64,000 nt of DNA from an uncultured Duncaniella sp. (lineage in GTDB: Bacteria > Bacteroidota > Bacteroidia > Bacteroidales > Muribaculaceae), in the NCBI RefSeq assembly GCF_910578445.1, contig NZ_CAJTQC010000012.1:5684-69683 (forward strand), in the 5' to 3' direction. The notes under the pieces are model-generated. The model saw nothing but the letters and a program-made list of their open reading frames with translations. It had not been told where the DNA came from and ran no database searches. Within the stretch, counting starts at the first letter, position 1. Every line of letters starts with the position of its first letter. Positions 42,056 through 50,595 of the stretch are shown one piece after another. The translations under genes were made by a program, and so were the position numbers.

Positions 42056-42442
42056 TTATTTCTTTGCGTTCTTGCTTTCGATGAGTTCCATGACTTCGCG
42101 GAGTTCATCGTCCGACATCTTCTCTTCCTCGACCAGAGCCGACACGGCGTTCTTGTAGGAGTTGTTGAAATAATCCTTCACCAGACGGGCCAACGAACGC
42201 TTCATGAAATCCTCCTTCTTGGCGATGGCATAGTAGCGGTAGGTCGGGCCAAAAACTTCGTGGCTCACATGACCCTTCTCTTCGAGAATTCTGACGATGG
42301 TCGAAAGGGTGTTGAAGTGGGGTTTGGGCTCTTCGTGGATGTTGACCATTTCACGCACAAAGAGAGGACCGCGCTCCCAAAGCATCTGCATGATGACCAA
42401 TTCCTTTTCTGTGAGCATCTGTGGTTTTCTTCCTGGTTTCAT
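42056..42442 (-). CDS. BlaI/MecI/CopY family repressor
   Basis: LTEKE..IMQ.LW, T.STIVRILEEKG winged helix; upstream of the M56 gene. Confidence 0.92.
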   Translation of the reverse strand: MKPGRKPQMLTEKELVIMQMLWERGPLFVREMVNIHEEPKPHFNTLSTIVRILEEKGHVSHEVFGPTYRYYAIAKKEDFMKRSLARLVKDYFNNSYKNAVSALVEEEKMSDDELREVMELIESKNAKK

Positions 42443-42493
42443 AAATTGATGGATTTTAATGTTATGATTATTCTGTTATATCGTTAAAAAATC

Positions 42494-42551
42494 TGCGGTG
42501 CAAAACTATCATGGTAGTTTCACACCGCAAAGATAAAACTATAATTGAGTT
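42494..42551 (-). promoter_or_regulatory. blaI promoter with candidate autoregulatory palindromes
   Basis: TATCTTTG (-7) at 42528-42535 on minus; AAACTA-N6-TAGTTT at 42503-42520 and a related site at 42536-42551. Confidence 0.6.
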
Positions 42552-42589
42552 ATTGCAACGTAGGCGTAGTGTTTTAGTGTTAAAAATAT

Positions 42590-43594
42590 TTAAAACAACT
42601 TATACGCGAATCTTACGCTGACAACCGGATAGACCTTGAAAGTTGTCATCAGGTCGACATAGTCGCCCGGCTTACCCTTGATATTGACCACATCCTTTGT
42701 CAGATTAGTGCCGTCGTGGGTGATGAGCGAAGGCGAACCGCCCCAGATCATCATGCCGCAGTCCACATCGAGCGTAAACCGCTTCGACTTGCCGAGGTCG
42801 CCGGTGTAGCCCAGCCCCACGTAGGGCTTGAATGCGTTGACAAAAGCCGAAACCTTGACCATGCCGTCGGTGTCGGGCTGCATCATATAGGGCTTTCCGT
42901 CCTTGAAGTCGCCGACATGGATACCCATGTGACCCTCGGTCTCGAGGTCGGCGCGGAGATCGTCGACAAGGAACGGGTCGAGATACGTGTCGCCGAAAAT
43001 AGGTTTGTCGATTGCATCGTCGCTCATGATGAAGTCATAGAAGTTATTGTAGATATTGACAGCCACGAGCGACGGCATCTCGCCCATAGTGTTGAGCGCC
43101 TTGGCCACCTTGCGCGATCCGGCATAGAAACCCACCGTAGCTCTCCAGCCCTTTGTCTTCCAAGGATAGATGTCGAAGAGCATCTTGAAATTGGTCATGG
43201 TCGGCTTGCCGTCGAGCTCCACGCGGTCATCGACATCGATGCCTGTCAGACGGTGCATATAGTTCTGAAGCTTCTCGAAATTATTGGCTGTCACCCCGGC
43301 GCCGTCGGAATAGCTCTGAAGGCTGAACGACATCGGGAATGCGATATGGGGCGTGAAGTCGACACCGGCCCTGACGCGGACATAGTCTGTCACATGGGTC
43401 GAAAGGTCAAGTCCAAGACCGGTCGAACCGACGGAGACTCCGACATCAAGATGGCGGAACACATTGCGCTCCTTCGCTCCGAACGACATCTGGGCCTCAC
43501 GGTCGCTCACCTGCGCATGAATCGCGCTCACTAAAAACAATCCGGTAATTACGGCAGTAATCCTGCGGACAACTCCCTTTGTGCTGTGTGTCAT
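42590..43594 (-). CDS. Hypothetical outer-membrane beta-barrel protein
   Basis: Signal peptide; amphipathic strands (GSTGLGLD, PYVGLGY); C-terminal 'VSVRFAYKLF' beta-signal. Confidence 0.7.
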   Translation of the reverse strand: MTHSTKGVVRRITAVITGLFLVSAIHAQVSDREAQMSFGAKERNVFRHLDVGVSVGSTGLGLDLSTHVTDYVRVRAGVDFTPHIAFPMSFSLQSYSDGAGVTANNFEKLQNYMHRLTGIDVDDRVELDGKPTMTNFKMLFDIYPWKTKGWRATVGFYAGSRKVAKALNTMGEMPSLVAVNIYNNFYDFIMSDDAIDKPIFGDTYLDPFLVDDLRADLETEGHMGIHVGDFKDGKPYMMQPDTDGMVKVSAFVNAFKPYVGLGYTGDLGKSKRFTLDVDCGMMIWGGSPSLITHDGTNLTKDVVNIKGKPGDYVDLMTTFKVYPVVSVRFAYKLF

Positions 43595-43666
43595 GCTGAT
43601 ATGTGATGGTTTTATTTCTTAATATTTATGTATGCTTTGATTGCATTTGTTGACAAATTCGTCGTG

Positions 43667-43763
43667 CAAAGTTACAAAATTCTTCCAAATTTCCGAAAAT
43701 TTAAACAGCGAAACATTTTTTCCGTTAAAACTTGTTGCGTTTCGCATATTTTTACTACCTTTG
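43667..43763. promoter_or_regulatory. Divergent Bacteroidota promoters
   Basis: TAACTTTG on minus (43667-43674) and TACCTTTG on plus (43756-43763). Confidence 0.65.
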
Positions 43764-44026
43764 CCACCTGATAAGATTATCAACGTGGAATTCAACATTT
43801 ACTCTAACTCAAGCTATGACGACAACCGAATTTTCACTTTCAACTTAAACCACCAATAGAATAGATCACTGACGTTGCAGCAGGATATTATATATTTCTA
43901 AGGTTATTATATAATACTACCAACGGTAAAAGTGCTACCCCACAAGCACATAATTGCCGGGAAAGACATACACACGGATTCAATAATTTATAACGACTAA
44001 TACATATTTAAATTAAACAAACTGTA

Positions 44027-46597
44027 ATGAAGAAAAAATTCATCCCAGGTCTGCTTCTTTTGGCGCTTACTGCCGGAGGATTCAGCACGTTTACTTCATG
44101 TAAGGATACAGACGAAGATCTGTATACCAACCTTCGCGGTGAGCAGGTTAGCCTTCAGGCTGCTCTCGATGCCCTGAAGGACAAACTTACCAACTGCAGT
44201 TCAAACTGCCAGAGCGAAATCCAGCGTCTTGAAGCACTTATCAATGGCAAGCCTCATTACACAGAATCTGAGATTAAGGGTTGGATTACTGAGCTCACCA
44301 ATCAGTATGCAACTCAGGATGCTCTAACACAGCTTGCCAATCGTGTTGCAGCTCTTGAAGGTAAAGAACCCGGAGGAAACGACCAGTTCAAGCCTGAAGA
44401 TGTTGCAACTCTTACCGATCTTATCGCTATCGCTAACCAGCTCAAAGCATTAGTAGGTGAAAACGGAACTATAGCAAACCTTTCGACTGAAATCGCCAAT
44501 CTTGAAAAGATTCTCAACGGCGACGGAACTAATCCCGGCCTCATCTCTACTGTCGACGGTCTTGCAAAATGGTTTGAAAATATCGGTCTTACAGTTGAAG
44601 AATTCCAGACTTACGTAAAGCAAGGTGAATTTATCTTCAATAATAAGACTGCCCTTGAAACTCTTGTAAGACTCCAGAACGAAGGAACTCTTAACGAGAA
44701 CGCTCTCAAGGCTCTTAATGAAGTCTATGCTGACCTCGCAGGCATCCAAGAGATGTACAATACAATCTGGAATGGTGCTGAAGCTCCTGCCGACGGATGG
44801 TGGAACTACGCAGAGGTTATGCAGAACATCAAGAACAACTCTGCTGCCATCGCTGAACTTCAGAACGATGTTGACGCTATCTTCAACCGTCTCAACGACT
44901 TGGTAACAAGCCTCATCCTCCAGTCTGCATCAAACCACCTCTACGGTACATTCAACACACCCTTCGGCATCAACTCAATGGTGCTCATGGCCAACTTCGG
45001 TCACCTCGCTACTCAGGCTGAATCATTCCCTGTTTCGACTGCCAAGGATATGGGTGCAGAATGCTACTCTGACTCAAACATCGACTGGTCTTCAATCACA
45101 TCTGACAAGTATGACCTGAATTCAACAGTTCTCGCCTATACTGTCAACAACGGTCAGGCTACTCTCGGTAACCTCTGGTTTACTGTAAACCCCGGAACTG
45201 TCAACCATCTCGACAAGGCCGGTTTCGCACTCGTCAACAGCCGTGAAGAAGTTTCAAAAGTAAACCTCGTTGACATCACTAAGGACGACGAAACTCTCAT
45301 CAAGTTCGGTGTTAACTCAAACTCTCGTGCAGCAGGCAACGGCAATGGTCTCTACCGCGCTGAAGCTACCGTAGCCCTCGACGACCTCGACGCTATCAAG
45401 GTCAACATCGAATCAGGTCTCGCACAGTCACTCAAAGACGCTGTCAAGAACCACACTGCAGCCGACATGGCTCACCTTCTCAAGGCTATCTACAGCCAGC
45501 TCCAGAACGTATGCGACGCTAACGCACTCCGCTACACTTACGAAGCTGTTACCGGCAAGAACGAACAAGGCTACACCAAGGTTGAGCAGAAGGTTTATTC
45601 TAACTACGGTCTTGCTGCAACTGCCTTCAAGCCCCTCTCGTTCGCTACCCTCAAGGGCGAATCGTTCCGTCACCTCCCCACTATTTCGCCTATTGAAATC
45701 GACAAGTCACTCGTTGACCTCAACCTCAAGCCCTTCGAAATCGGCAATGTATCACTTGACGTAGAACTCGACCTCGGCAAGATTGAATTTGACGAAGTTG
45801 GTGAAACTATCATCGAAGTCAAAGTTCCTTCTAAGTTCGATCCTATTACCGGTGAAGCTACTGAATATACTACTGAAAAGGTAAATATCACTAAAGACCT
45901 TCAGCAGATTGTCGACAAACTTCAGGCTTCTGTTAACGAATGGTTCGAAGGCAAGGTTGGCGAACCCAGCCTCAACGAAAAGCTCCAGCAGCAGATCGAA
46001 GCAGCTGTCGACGCAGCATTCAACGGTCCTGACGGTCTTATCGCAAGCATCGAAAATCAGGTTAACGACATGATGGGCAGCATTCAGGATAAGCTCGACA
46101 ACCTCGTTGACGACATCAACAACGACTACATCAACAAGGTCAACAAGCTCATCGACAAGTACAACTCTGTTGCTAACCGCATCAACAAGATGCTCGACGA
46201 TCCCAACCACTATCTCCAGAGCGTAATGTTCCTCCGCAAGGCCGACGGCAACCTCGGTTTCCTCAGCACCGACTCTAAGCAGCCCTCACAGTTCAAGGGT
46301 AACGGCGAAGCTATCGAGCTTTGGGCCACTACCTACAACTTCGAGACTGTCTGCCCCGCATTCAAGAAGATTGTCGGCGTTGTCAAGGTTACTGACAAGA
46401 ACGGCAATGAAAGAACTGACCTCAAGAATGCTGCTAACGCAAGCATGGCTAAGGTTCTCGACGGTCGCGTAAACCGCGTGGCTCTCGACGTTCGCGGCGC
46501 CAAGGGTGGTGTCTTCACCTACGAAATCGCTTATCAGGCAATGGACTTCACCGGTCACACTTCAACTGTTAAGTGCTACGTACAGGTAATCCGCTAA
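44027..46597 (+). CDS. Large coiled-coil surface lipoprotein of unknown function
   Basis: Lipobox FTSC followed by acidic KDTDED; heptad-rich helical segments; strong high-expression codon bias. Confidence 0.8.
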   Translation: MKKKFIPGLLLLALTAGGFSTFTSCKDTDEDLYTNLRGEQVSLQAALDALKDKLTNCSSNCQSEIQRLEALINGKPHYTESEIKGWITELTNQYATQDALTQLANRVAALEGKEPGGNDQFKPEDVATLTDLIAIANQLKALVGENGTIANLSTEIANLEKILNGDGTNPGLISTVDGLAKWFENIGLTVEEFQTYVKQGEFIFNNKTALETLVRLQNEGTLNENALKALNEVYADLAGIQEMYNTIWNGAEAPADGWWNYAEVMQNIKNNSAAIAELQNDVDAIFNRLNDLVTSLILQSASNHLYGTFNTPFGINSMVLMANFGHLATQAESFPVSTAKDMGAECYSDSNIDWSSITSDKYDLNSTVLAYTVNNGQATLGNLWFTVNPGTVNHLDKAGFALVNSREEVSKVNLVDITKDDETLIKFGVNSNSRAAGNGNGLYRAEATVALDDLDAIKVNIESGLAQSLKDAVKNHTAADMAHLLKAIYSQLQNVCDANALRYTYEAVTGKNEQGYTKVEQKVYSNYGLAATAFKPLSFATLKGESFRHLPTISPIEIDKSLVDLNLKPFEIGNVSLDVELDLGKIEFDEVGETIIEVKVPSKFDPITGEATEYTTEKVNITKDLQQIVDKLQASVNEWFEGKVGEPSLNEKLQQQIEAAVDAAFNGPDGLIASIENQVNDMMGSIQDKLDNLVDDINNDYINKVNKLIDKYNSVANRINKMLDDPNHYLQSVMFLRKADGNLGFLSTDSKQPSQFKGNGEAIELWATTYNFETVCPAFKKIVGVVKVTDKNGNERTDLKNAANASMAKVLDGRVNRVALDVRGAKGGVFTYEIAYQAMDFTGHTSTVKCYVQVIR

Positions 46598-46636
46598 TCG
46601 AATCGTCAAGGCTCAAATCTTTAGAAAACTAAAAAC

Positions 46637-47791
46637 ATGAAAATTAATAAGTTATTTCTAACAGCCTCACTCGCCCTCTGTGCAGCCTTCACGGCTAACG
46701 CACAGGAGGCGCAGGAGGAGACAGAATATGTCTTCCAGCCCCACTGGTATGTCCAAGGACAGGTTGGTATGCAGGAGACCTTGGGAGAAACCAGCTTCGG
46801 CAAACTCGCATCGTTCAACGCACAGGTTGGTGTAGGCTACCGCTTCAACCCCGTACTCGGCGCACGCCTCATCTTCAACGGCTGGACCTCTAAGGGTTCA
46901 ATCGAAGTTGACGGCAAGCGTTCTGACTGGAAGTGGAACTACGTAGCTCCCACCGTCAACGCCACTGTTGACCTCGTTAACCTCATCGGCGGTTTCAACC
47001 CCGAGCGTCCCGTCAATGCCGGCATCTTCGCCGGTATCGGCGCTAACATCGCAGCCCGCAACGGCGAAGCCAACGACGTAAACAACGCCCTCAAGGCAAG
47101 CGTCTATGGCGATCTCGACGCTGCTGCCCGCCCCAATGTGCTCCGCAACATCTGGACCGGCACAAAGGCTCGCTTCGTAGGTCAGTTCGGCGTATATGCT
47201 GACTACAACCTCACCAGCAACATCAAACTCGGCCTCGAACTTCAGGCCAACGTCCTCCCCGACGGCTACAACTCAAAGAAGGCAGGCAACGCCGACTGGT
47301 ATTTCAACGGCCTCGTAGGCGTGAAGTATGCTTTCGGAACAACCTTCAACAAGCAGAAACGCAAAAAGTGCTGCGCAGCTACAGCCGAACCCAAGATCAT
47401 CGAAAAGATCGTGGAAGTTCCCGTAGAGAAGATCGTAGTCAAGGAAGTGATCAAGGAAGTGCCCGCACCCCTCACCCGCGACGTATTCTTCAAGATCTCT
47501 ACCATCAAGATTACAAAGGACGAAATGTATAAGGTGGCTGAAGTTGCCCGCTACATGAAGGCCAACCCCTCGACCAAGGTAACCGTTACCGGTTATGCCG
47601 ACAAGGGCACAGGCTCAATGAAGCTCAACCTCCGTCTCTCGGCTCAGCGCGCCGAAGCAGTTGCCAACGCTCTTATCAAGGAACATGGCATCGCTTCTGA
47701 CCGCATCACAGTCAAGAGCATGGGTGAAGTAGAGGACCAGCCCTACTCAACTCCCGCCCAGAACCGTGTTGCAATCTGCATCGTTGAATAA
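46637..47791 (+). CDS. OmpA family outer membrane protein
   Basis: Signal peptide, N-terminal beta-barrel, 'EKIVEVPVEKIV' linker, OmpA_C 'GYADKGTG...N.RLS..RA..V...L...NRV'. Confidence 0.92.
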   Translation: MKINKLFLTASLALCAAFTANAQEAQEETEYVFQPHWYVQGQVGMQETLGETSFGKLASFNAQVGVGYRFNPVLGARLIFNGWTSKGSIEVDGKRSDWKWNYVAPTVNATVDLVNLIGGFNPERPVNAGIFAGIGANIAARNGEANDVNNALKASVYGDLDAAARPNVLRNIWTGTKARFVGQFGVYADYNLTSNIKLGLELQANVLPDGYNSKKAGNADWYFNGLVGVKYAFGTTFNKQKRKKCCAATAEPKIIEKIVEVPVEKIVVKEVIKEVPAPLTRDVFFKISTIKITKDEMYKVAEVARYMKANPSTKVTVTGYADKGTGSMKLNLRLSAQRAEAVANALIKEHGIASDRITVKSMGEVEDQPYSTPAQNRVAICIVE

Positions 47792-47823
47792 TCCACGATT
47801 CAGACACACATAAAACCCTCTGT

Positions 47824-47861
47824 ATCGGGGCTGTGCCGAAAATGGCACAGCCCCGATTTTT
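47824..47861 (+). terminator. Intrinsic terminator of the lipoprotein-ompA operon
   Basis: 14-bp inverted repeat ATCGGGGCTGTGCC/GGCACAGCCCCGAT plus T-tract. Confidence 0.85.
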
Positions 47862-47962
47862 AACATAGATTTCTTTCGGTTTAGTATTTTTTGTCGTAAT
47901 TTTGCAACTCGAAAAAAAATATTCTTTGACATTTTTTTAATTTACCCATCTCCGATTTAGAA

Positions 47963-49135
47963 ATGAAGAAACTCATCACAACATTCGTCGCCACAGCTAT
48001 AGCTCTCTCCGCCTCGGCTAAGATTGAAGGTGACGGATACTACCGCGTCCAGAACTACAAGACCGGACGTTACATCTACGTACTTGACGACAAAGGCGAA
48101 CTCAACTTTCAGGCAACGACAGCCGAACTCGGAGCACTCCAGCTCTATAAGAACTATGAAAATACCATCTCAGACCCATCGACAATCATCTATGTAAAGG
48201 ACCTCAACGGCAAAAATCAGGATTTTGACCTCCAGACACAGGGGACCGGAGTGAAAACAATCATCGACTACCCCGTCAGCATCCGCCTTGCCAATGCCAA
48301 GCTCGGCACTTACATGGTCTTCGGACGCAACAGCGGCATGACACGCTACATCGGCGACGCCACCGAGTCGGACTCCGAGCGCGGATATGTCACCTCGATG
48401 GGCAACGGCGATTATTTCCGCTGGTATTTCCACCCCGTCACCACAGACGAAGACAACTATTTCGGCATCCTTCCCGAGTTCAATGACGGCAACGACTTCT
48501 ATGCCTCGCTCTATGCCGACTTCCCCTTCTCATGCCATTCAGAGGGAATGACCGTATATTACGTGACATCATATGCCGACGGAGTCGCATATATCTATCC
48601 TATCGAAGGCACAGTGGCCAAGGGAACACCGGTCATCGTCAAGTGCTCGTCGCCCTTCACTGCCGGCAACAAGCTCAGTCTCGGTGGCGAGGCTGCCCCC
48701 GTCAGCTCAAACAAGCTCAAAGGTGTCTACTTCAACAACACCAGCCTTCTTCACAAGAATCTCACTCCAAATGATCCCGAGACTATGCGAGTGCTCGGTA
48801 GACTCTCCGACGGCTCGATCGGCTTCGTGAAAAGCACTGAAGTCAACCTGCCTCGCAACAAGGCATATCTCGTAGTCCCCGCAGGCTCGCCCGATGAAAT
48901 CAGAATGGAAGTCGCAAGCTCAGGCATCACCGACATTACAGCCGACAGCAACGCCGCAACCATCAGCGTCAACGGTCTCGATGTCTACGTAGAGGGTGCA
49001 GCCGTGGCTGAAATCTACAGCGTCACCGGCCAGCTTATCGCACGTGGCAACGGAAACGGACATCTGTCAGTCCCGACCCCCGGCATCTATATCGTCAAAG
49101 CCGGAACAACCGTCCGCAAAATCATGGCACGCTAA
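47963..49135 (+). CDS. Secreted protein with T9SS type A-like C-terminal domain
   Basis: Signal peptide; C-terminal 'SGITDI...IYSVTGQ...PGIYIVK....RKI'. Confidence 0.75.
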   Translation: MKKLITTFVATAIALSASAKIEGDGYYRVQNYKTGRYIYVLDDKGELNFQATTAELGALQLYKNYENTISDPSTIIYVKDLNGKNQDFDLQTQGTGVKTIIDYPVSIRLANAKLGTYMVFGRNSGMTRYIGDATESDSERGYVTSMGNGDYFRWYFHPVTTDEDNYFGILPEFNDGNDFYASLYADFPFSCHSEGMTVYYVTSYADGVAYIYPIEGTVAKGTPVIVKCSSPFTAGNKLSLGGEAAPVSSNKLKGVYFNNTSLLHKNLTPNDPETMRVLGRLSDGSIGFVKSTEVNLPRNKAYLVVPAGSPDEIRMEVASSGITDITADSNAATISVNGLDVYVEGAAVAEIYSVTGQLIARGNGNGHLSVPTPGIYIVKAGTTVRKIMAR

Positions 49136-49171
49136 ACTCCTGCCGGAATAAACCGGAGGATAAAAAAATAT

Positions 49172-49227
49172 CTAAACAACGCAGGATGAAATAACATTTT
49201 TCAGTTATTTCATCCTGCGTCGTTTAG
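49172..49227. terminator. Long hairpin terminator
   Basis: 17-bp perfect inverted repeat ACGCAGGATGAAATAAC/GTTATTTCATCCTGCGT. Confidence 0.75.
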
Positions 49228-49348
49228 TTAAAATAACCTACACGGAAGGCTGACGGTTAAGAGTGTGTAAAAAATTTATTGTTAATTTTTTAACAGCCCC
49301 AATCATATCTCCGGAAAACCCGACGGCGTATGCATGCGTTTTACCAAC

Positions 49349-50428
49349 ATGAAAATAATATCAGCCGCGCTTGCAGCAACGGTCGTGACAGCATCGTGCG
49401 CAGGCATAACAGACAAACACCTACAGACTATGGACAACGGAAATAATACGACAGACAACGTAAAGACAATCTATTTCGCAGGCGGATGCTTCTGGGGCAC
49501 GGAACACTTCTTCAAGCAAATCGACGGAGTGGTCGGCACGGAGGTGGGCTATGCCAACAGCATTGTCCCCGACCCTACCTACAAGGAAGTATGCTCCGGA
49601 CGCACGATGGCGGCCGAAGGCGTAAAGGTGGAGTATGACAGCTCGCGCGTCAGCCTCCCTGCGCTGATACAGCTCTATTTCATGACCATCGACCCCACGT
49701 CGGTCAACCGTCAGGGCAACGACCGGGGGACACAGTATCGCACGGGCATCTACTACACCAATGACAGGCAGCAGCACACGGCGCTCGCCGAAATCGCAAA
49801 GGAGGCGCAGCTCCACCGCCTCCCGATAGCCGTCGAGGTGAAGAAACTTCAGAACTTCTATCCGGCCGAAGAATATCATCAGGACTATCTCGACAAGAAT
49901 CCGGGAGGGTATTGCCACATAGACCCGCGATTGTTTGAAGTGGCACGGCGCGCGTCGAAACCGCGGCAGGCCGATGTCGACCCTTCGGCCTACAGCCGCC
50001 CCGACAACACTCAGCTGCGCTCGCGGCTGACAGCCGTGCAGTATGCCGTCACTCAGGAAAGCGCCACAGAGCCGCCATTCCGCAACGAGTATTTCGACAA
50101 TCATGAGAAAGGAATCTACGTCGATGTCACCACCGGCGAGCCACTCTTCGTGTCGACCGACAAGTTTGACTCCGGCTGCGGATGGCCGAGCTTCTCGCGT
50201 CCTATAAGCGACGATGTGATAGTCGAGACGAGAGACCTCAGCCACGGAATGGACCGCACGGAAGTCAGAAGCCGTGTCGGCGACGCGCATCTCGGCCATG
50301 TGTTCCCCGATGGGCCTAAAGAGCGCGGAGGAATGCGATATTGCATCAACAGCGCGTCGCTCCGCTTCATCCCGCTCGACAGGATGGAGGCCGAAGGCTA
50401 TGGCGCATATATCCCGCTCGTCAGATAG
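49349..50428 (+). CDS. msrAB: Bifunctional methionine sulfoxide reductase A/B, predicted lipoprotein
   Basis: GGCFWG and AEEYHQDY (MsrA); [23 protein letters not shown] (MsrB); lipobox TASC after ATG 49349. Confidence 0.93.
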   Translation: MKIISAALAATVVTASCAGITDKHLQTMDNGNNTTDNVKTIYFAGGCFWGTEHFFKQIDGVVGTEVGYANSIVPDPTYKEVCSGRTMAAEGVKVEYDSSRVSLPALIQLYFMTIDPTSVNRQGNDRGTQYRTGIYYTNDRQQHTALAEIAKEAQLHRLPIAVEVKKLQNFYPAEEYHQDYLDKNPGGYCHIDPRLFEVARRASKPRQADVDPSAYSRPDNTQLRSRLTAVQYAVTQESATEPPFRNEYFDNHEKGIYVDVTTGEPLFVSTDKFDSGCGWPSFSRPISDDVIVETRDLSHGMDRTEVRSRVGDAHLGHVFPDGPKERGGMRYCINSASLRFIPLDRMEAEGYGAYIPLVR

Positions 50429-50467
50429 AGGCGGAAACCGCCTGAGCTGATTGACTCACGGAGCAAT

Positions 50468-50501
50468 AAAAAAGCCTGCGGTCCCTTTTGGGGTCGCAGG
50501 C
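50468..50501 (-). terminator. Terminator between msrAB and tkt
   Basis: GCCTGCG...CGCAGGC hairpin with an A6 tract (U-tract on minus). Confidence 0.7.
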
Positions 50502-50595
50502 ATTGATATAATATAAGAACTATCGTTAGATTGGTTGCAAAGTTATGACAATTTCCGTTGTCATGCAAGCAACCGACGCTTATCGCTATGATTTT

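Noticed and set aside
43600..44026. Invertible promoter for the lipoprotein operon
   Set aside because: No inverted repeats flanking the promoter were found and no recombinase is nearby
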